Below, piece by piece: positions 60,554-64,000 of a stretch of DNA of 64,000 nt. The translations under genes were made by a program, and so were the position numbers. Every line of letters starts with the position of its first letter. Within the stretch, counting starts at the first letter, position 1. The notes below the pieces were generated by a model. It was not told the DNA's origin and did no database searches. It was given only the letters and a program-made list of their open reading frames with translations. The stretch comes from Candidatus Latescibacterota bacterium (GTDB lineage: Bacteria; Latescibacterota; CBDEFO01): NCBI GenBank assembly GCA_965248755.1, contig OZ252149.1, positions 864,001-928,000 of the forward strand. The letters are read 5' to 3'.

Positions 60554-63500
60554 CTATGTCGTACTATACAACTTCCTCTGCTCCTCGTCCAGCGCTCTCC
60601 ACGCCAAGAACTGCTTCCTGATGTCATTTAAGAAGGCCCGATTCCCCCTGACCCAGTACGACCGATCTCCCGATACCCTCCTTATATTTAACCTTATCGC
60701 AAAGATGCCGTCGGTATCCGACTCTTCGGTCAAAATCTCCACTTCCTGCCTTACTCCCATGTCGAAAGGAGAGAGCCAGACCGTAAACCTGAGGTTCAAA
60801 ATTCCCTGTTCATCAGAAAGGGAAGTCTCCGCATCAGGTGGCTGGCAGTAGAAGCCTCCACCTATGGAGCGCTCTTCGTGCGCCTCAAAATATTCTCCCA
60901 AGAAGGCCCCCAAGCCCAGAGCATCCCTTCTGCTCAGCGTGAAAGGGAGTTCCAAAGACAGAAAATCTCCAGCGGGTTCGGACAATCTCCATCTCCTTTC
61001 AATCCCAGGAACGCAGAGTTTAGACGCCATCCTCGCCGGATATATCGCCGATCCTATGACCACTACCATGATCAGGAATATAGTCGCAACAGTGGAAAGA
61101 GAAGAATAGTTCAGCGTCATACCGGGGAGGAGTTCCAACTCTACTATGACCTTCGCCGCTCCCTGACCGATAATGTACCCGAATACACCTCCTAAGACTG
61201 CGTACACAGCGGCCTCGGCCACAAATAGCCCGGCTATGTGAACCGGCGCGAGTCCCACAGCGTTAAGTGTCCCTATCTCTTTAGTCCTCTCATAGACCGC
61301 GCCTAACATCGTATTGAAGACGATCAGAGCGGCTATGATTAACGGAATTAAAAGATTCCTCTCTGCCCTGAAAGACTTCATCCCTACAGAGTTCACGATA
61401 TATCTGTCTCCATCTATCCCTGCAAATACGTTACAAGCCTAAAAATGACATCAACTCCTCCAGGGCCTCCTCGGGATCATCCTCATATACGCCTATTGAC
61501 CTGAGTGACCCCCTCCCTATGGACATGACGATTTCATACGGTAGGATAACTATCTCAGAGGGAGACGAATGGACGAAGGAAAAGTCCTCGTCCCCCCTTT
61601 TTCCTATGCCGAGGGATTTGCTGTCTGGCACTTGAGCGTCGGGATCCAGGGGCGTCTAAGGATATCCGTTTAGATCTTCAATCTTATCGAATCTGTTCTC
61701 ATCTATTACGCCGATAACCTTGAACTCCATCCCCCAGACCTTAAATTTAGCATTTTCCCGGTCGTCTTTCCCGATCCCCAACTTTGAAGCCGCGCTACTT
61801 GGGACAATGCAGGCGTCATTTTCGCCTTCTTTGAACCATCTTCCCCAGATCAATGCCTTCTGGGAATGCGTCACACGACTCTCATAAGCGGAAAGTCCCA
61901 ATATACCGCTCACATTAAAAGTGGTGCGACCACTGTGGTTCTCTCCACTACCAACTCTCTCCAGGACGACAGTTGAACTCCTCCCCTGACTCCAGATCCT
62001 CCACGCCCGCGGAGCGACGTTTTCAGGTCCGTATCTGTCCCTTAATATGTTCAAAACGGGTCTTTCCAGAGGGGTCCATCCAGGCATCCTGAAAAGGACA
62101 CCTTCGTACTCAGACCCTTTAGAAAGGAGCCTCCTGTTGACCCTCAAAGAGGACTTGATGGAACTAAACGACACTACGGAAAAGGTCATCAAAACGATCG
62201 TTGAAAGGGTCAAGGCCGTCCGGAGTTTCCTCCTTTTCATATTCGACACGCCCACGATGAACGCCCTGAGAAGAGTCTCATACCTCTGGAGATCCACTCT
62301 GTGAGCCGCAAGCCGGGGAGATACCGCCTCTCTTATCTGCCTGTTGAACTTCGCAAATCCAATATACATAACGATCCCAGCAAGGGCTAACACTACGAAG
62401 CCTTCAAGTATAATTACAGGATGCAAAGTAAGCTCGAACGCCGGATGCACGTAACGTAAGATTAAGAAGGTCAGGACAAATACGAGGAAGAATCCCGCTA
62501 TTTTGCGTCTTATGTCCACAGATCCGAACAGAAGCCTCTCGCAGAAGTAGGAAAAGGGCAAGACTAAAGCCAAAAAGAAGAGGACACCGTGCGCTACATC
62601 CCCCATCGTATTCTCCACGTCTGTGTACGCTCTGGAGGCATATCCCCACGCCTTCCTTGCAGAATCGGTGAAGCGGTCGTATCTTCTGTCCTTTAAGTAG
62701 CCCTCAGACTCTTTTAACAGTTTTTCGACCCCTTGGTGCAGACCCTCTAAACGAGGATTATGGATCCCGTTTCTCTTGAGCTTCTTTATCCTGCTCTCGT
62801 TCAGTAGAAAGGCGTCTAATGCCGCTTGATAAGATGTATGGGTTATTCGATCTGTGCTTTCAATGTCAAATCCCACACCTTGAGGATCTTCGGGGTTTGA
62901 ATTGGTGAGAACCATCCTTCTTCCGAGGCCGTATATCCCCGTCGTCATAGTTATCTTGATCTTTTTGTCTGTCTCAGCGAATACCACAGCGCACGGTTCC
63001 ACGTCCGAGAACAGATTATTCGTATATACAAAGAGCGACACCTCCCTCGGGGTCAGCGGCAGACAATATCCGAACGAAAGGGCGTCAGCTTCGGTCTTGG
63101 CGTCCAACACCTGTATGTCGTCCAGCGTAAACAGATACCTTTGATCTACCATGTCAAAGAGCGTTATCCCTTTACATCCGAACGCAACGACAGTCACCCG
63201 ATCTTTCTTCCCCGTCATAAGGACATCTGTCGGATAATCTTTGTAGCCCCTTATTCCCATATCGGGGGCATATACTATATCTCCCGTCTGCTTATCGACT
63301 CCATAGGCTTCTATCCTTGTCGGCTTGAGATAGATCGTGCTGTGCTCAACTCCCCTGATCTCGAACTTTCCTGAACTATCTGTAATCGCAAAGAGATCCC
63401 CTCTTACACCCATAAACGCCTTCGTCCTTAATCTTGCCCTGACGATCGCCCCATCTACAGGGACATCGGGGAGGTAACTCGTCTTCTCGAAGCTTGCAAC

Positions 63501-64000
63501 CTCACCCTCTAAGATTCCGAAGGAATCCTCCCTCCTCCTGTCCATCGAAGCCCGAGGATCGTCTACAACTTTGGAGACGATGTAGACTAACAGCTTCATC
63601 TGCTCTTTCAGATTATCGTAATTGACACTTTGAGGGAGGTCCAACGGAGTATCCCACAGACGTCTGGAGTCGTTTATAGTCACAAAAGTAATCGCAAGCT
63701 CCCCAGCAAGGTTTATGGCCTCCCCGTCGTAAGCTATATGAGATGGGACCTTCCCTAAGTTTCCCCTTTCCCGTGAGGACTTAATACCGTTGTGCAGCAT
63801 CACTTTTCCCCCGTTCACCCGCTTCTCATATTCCTCGGCATAGGCTATAACTCTTTCAGTTACAGGGGAATCTGCGTGCGCCGACCAGGGAATCCTGTAG
63901 ACCCATCCTCTCTTAGACATACTAAGGACATCCGACCCGCTGCTCAAGTCCAGGCAAACGTACAGATCCATCTCGTAACCCTTCAGCAGACTTAAAAACC
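60554..64000 (-). pseudogene. Very large FtsX/MacB-like permease-domain membrane protein; runs off the window; one amber stop and one frameshift
   Basis: NMKRRKLRTALT, NTMLGAVYERTKEIG; in-frame TAG at 61656-61658 followed by TPLDP; frameshift near 61440. Confidence 0.8.

Noticed and set aside
31898..61658. Amber recoding, suggested by in-frame TAGs in the TolB/IPT gene, IS3 copy 3, the hydrolase remnant, IS256 and the FtsX-like gene
   Set aside because: The TAGs replace different expected residues, occur in genes that also have frameshifts, and TAG ends intact genes such as pspA and the amidase.

Overview
Bacterial chromosomal window, probably an FCB-group organism such as a Latescibacterota-like lineage (inferred from the dockerin-like EF-hand tail and the FlgD-Ig/T9SS-like C-terminal domain). 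Housekeeping and transport genes include an RND-MFP-OMF efflux operon, a divergent PEP carboxykinase, an amidase, ptsH-nucleotidyltransferase-metK-ahcY, a threonine synthase-like enzyme, MlaE/MlaF-like genes and pspA. They are interleaved with heavy IS traffic (3 IS3-family, 2 IS1380-family, 1 IS1182-family, 1 IS256-family), many pseudogenes, a type I-like RM pair (R plus fused M-S) beside a tRNA-Arg 3' remnant, and a three-module mosaic array of lipoprotein plus M4/M36-like peptidase. The most striking signal is a 21-bp palindrome, CCCCGAT(T/A)GAWTC(T/A)ATCGGGG, seen about 13 times. It is inserted in frame in the RND transporter, present in one IS3 copy but absent from its sibling, located exactly at the junction of a ~740-bp deletion in a third copy, nested in itself, and inserted into other REP-like repeats. 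A second clear signal is an IS1380 copy that carried 186 bp of a foreign sigma-54 activator gene using an alternative end. All calls come from reading the sequence and recognising motifs; no database search was run.
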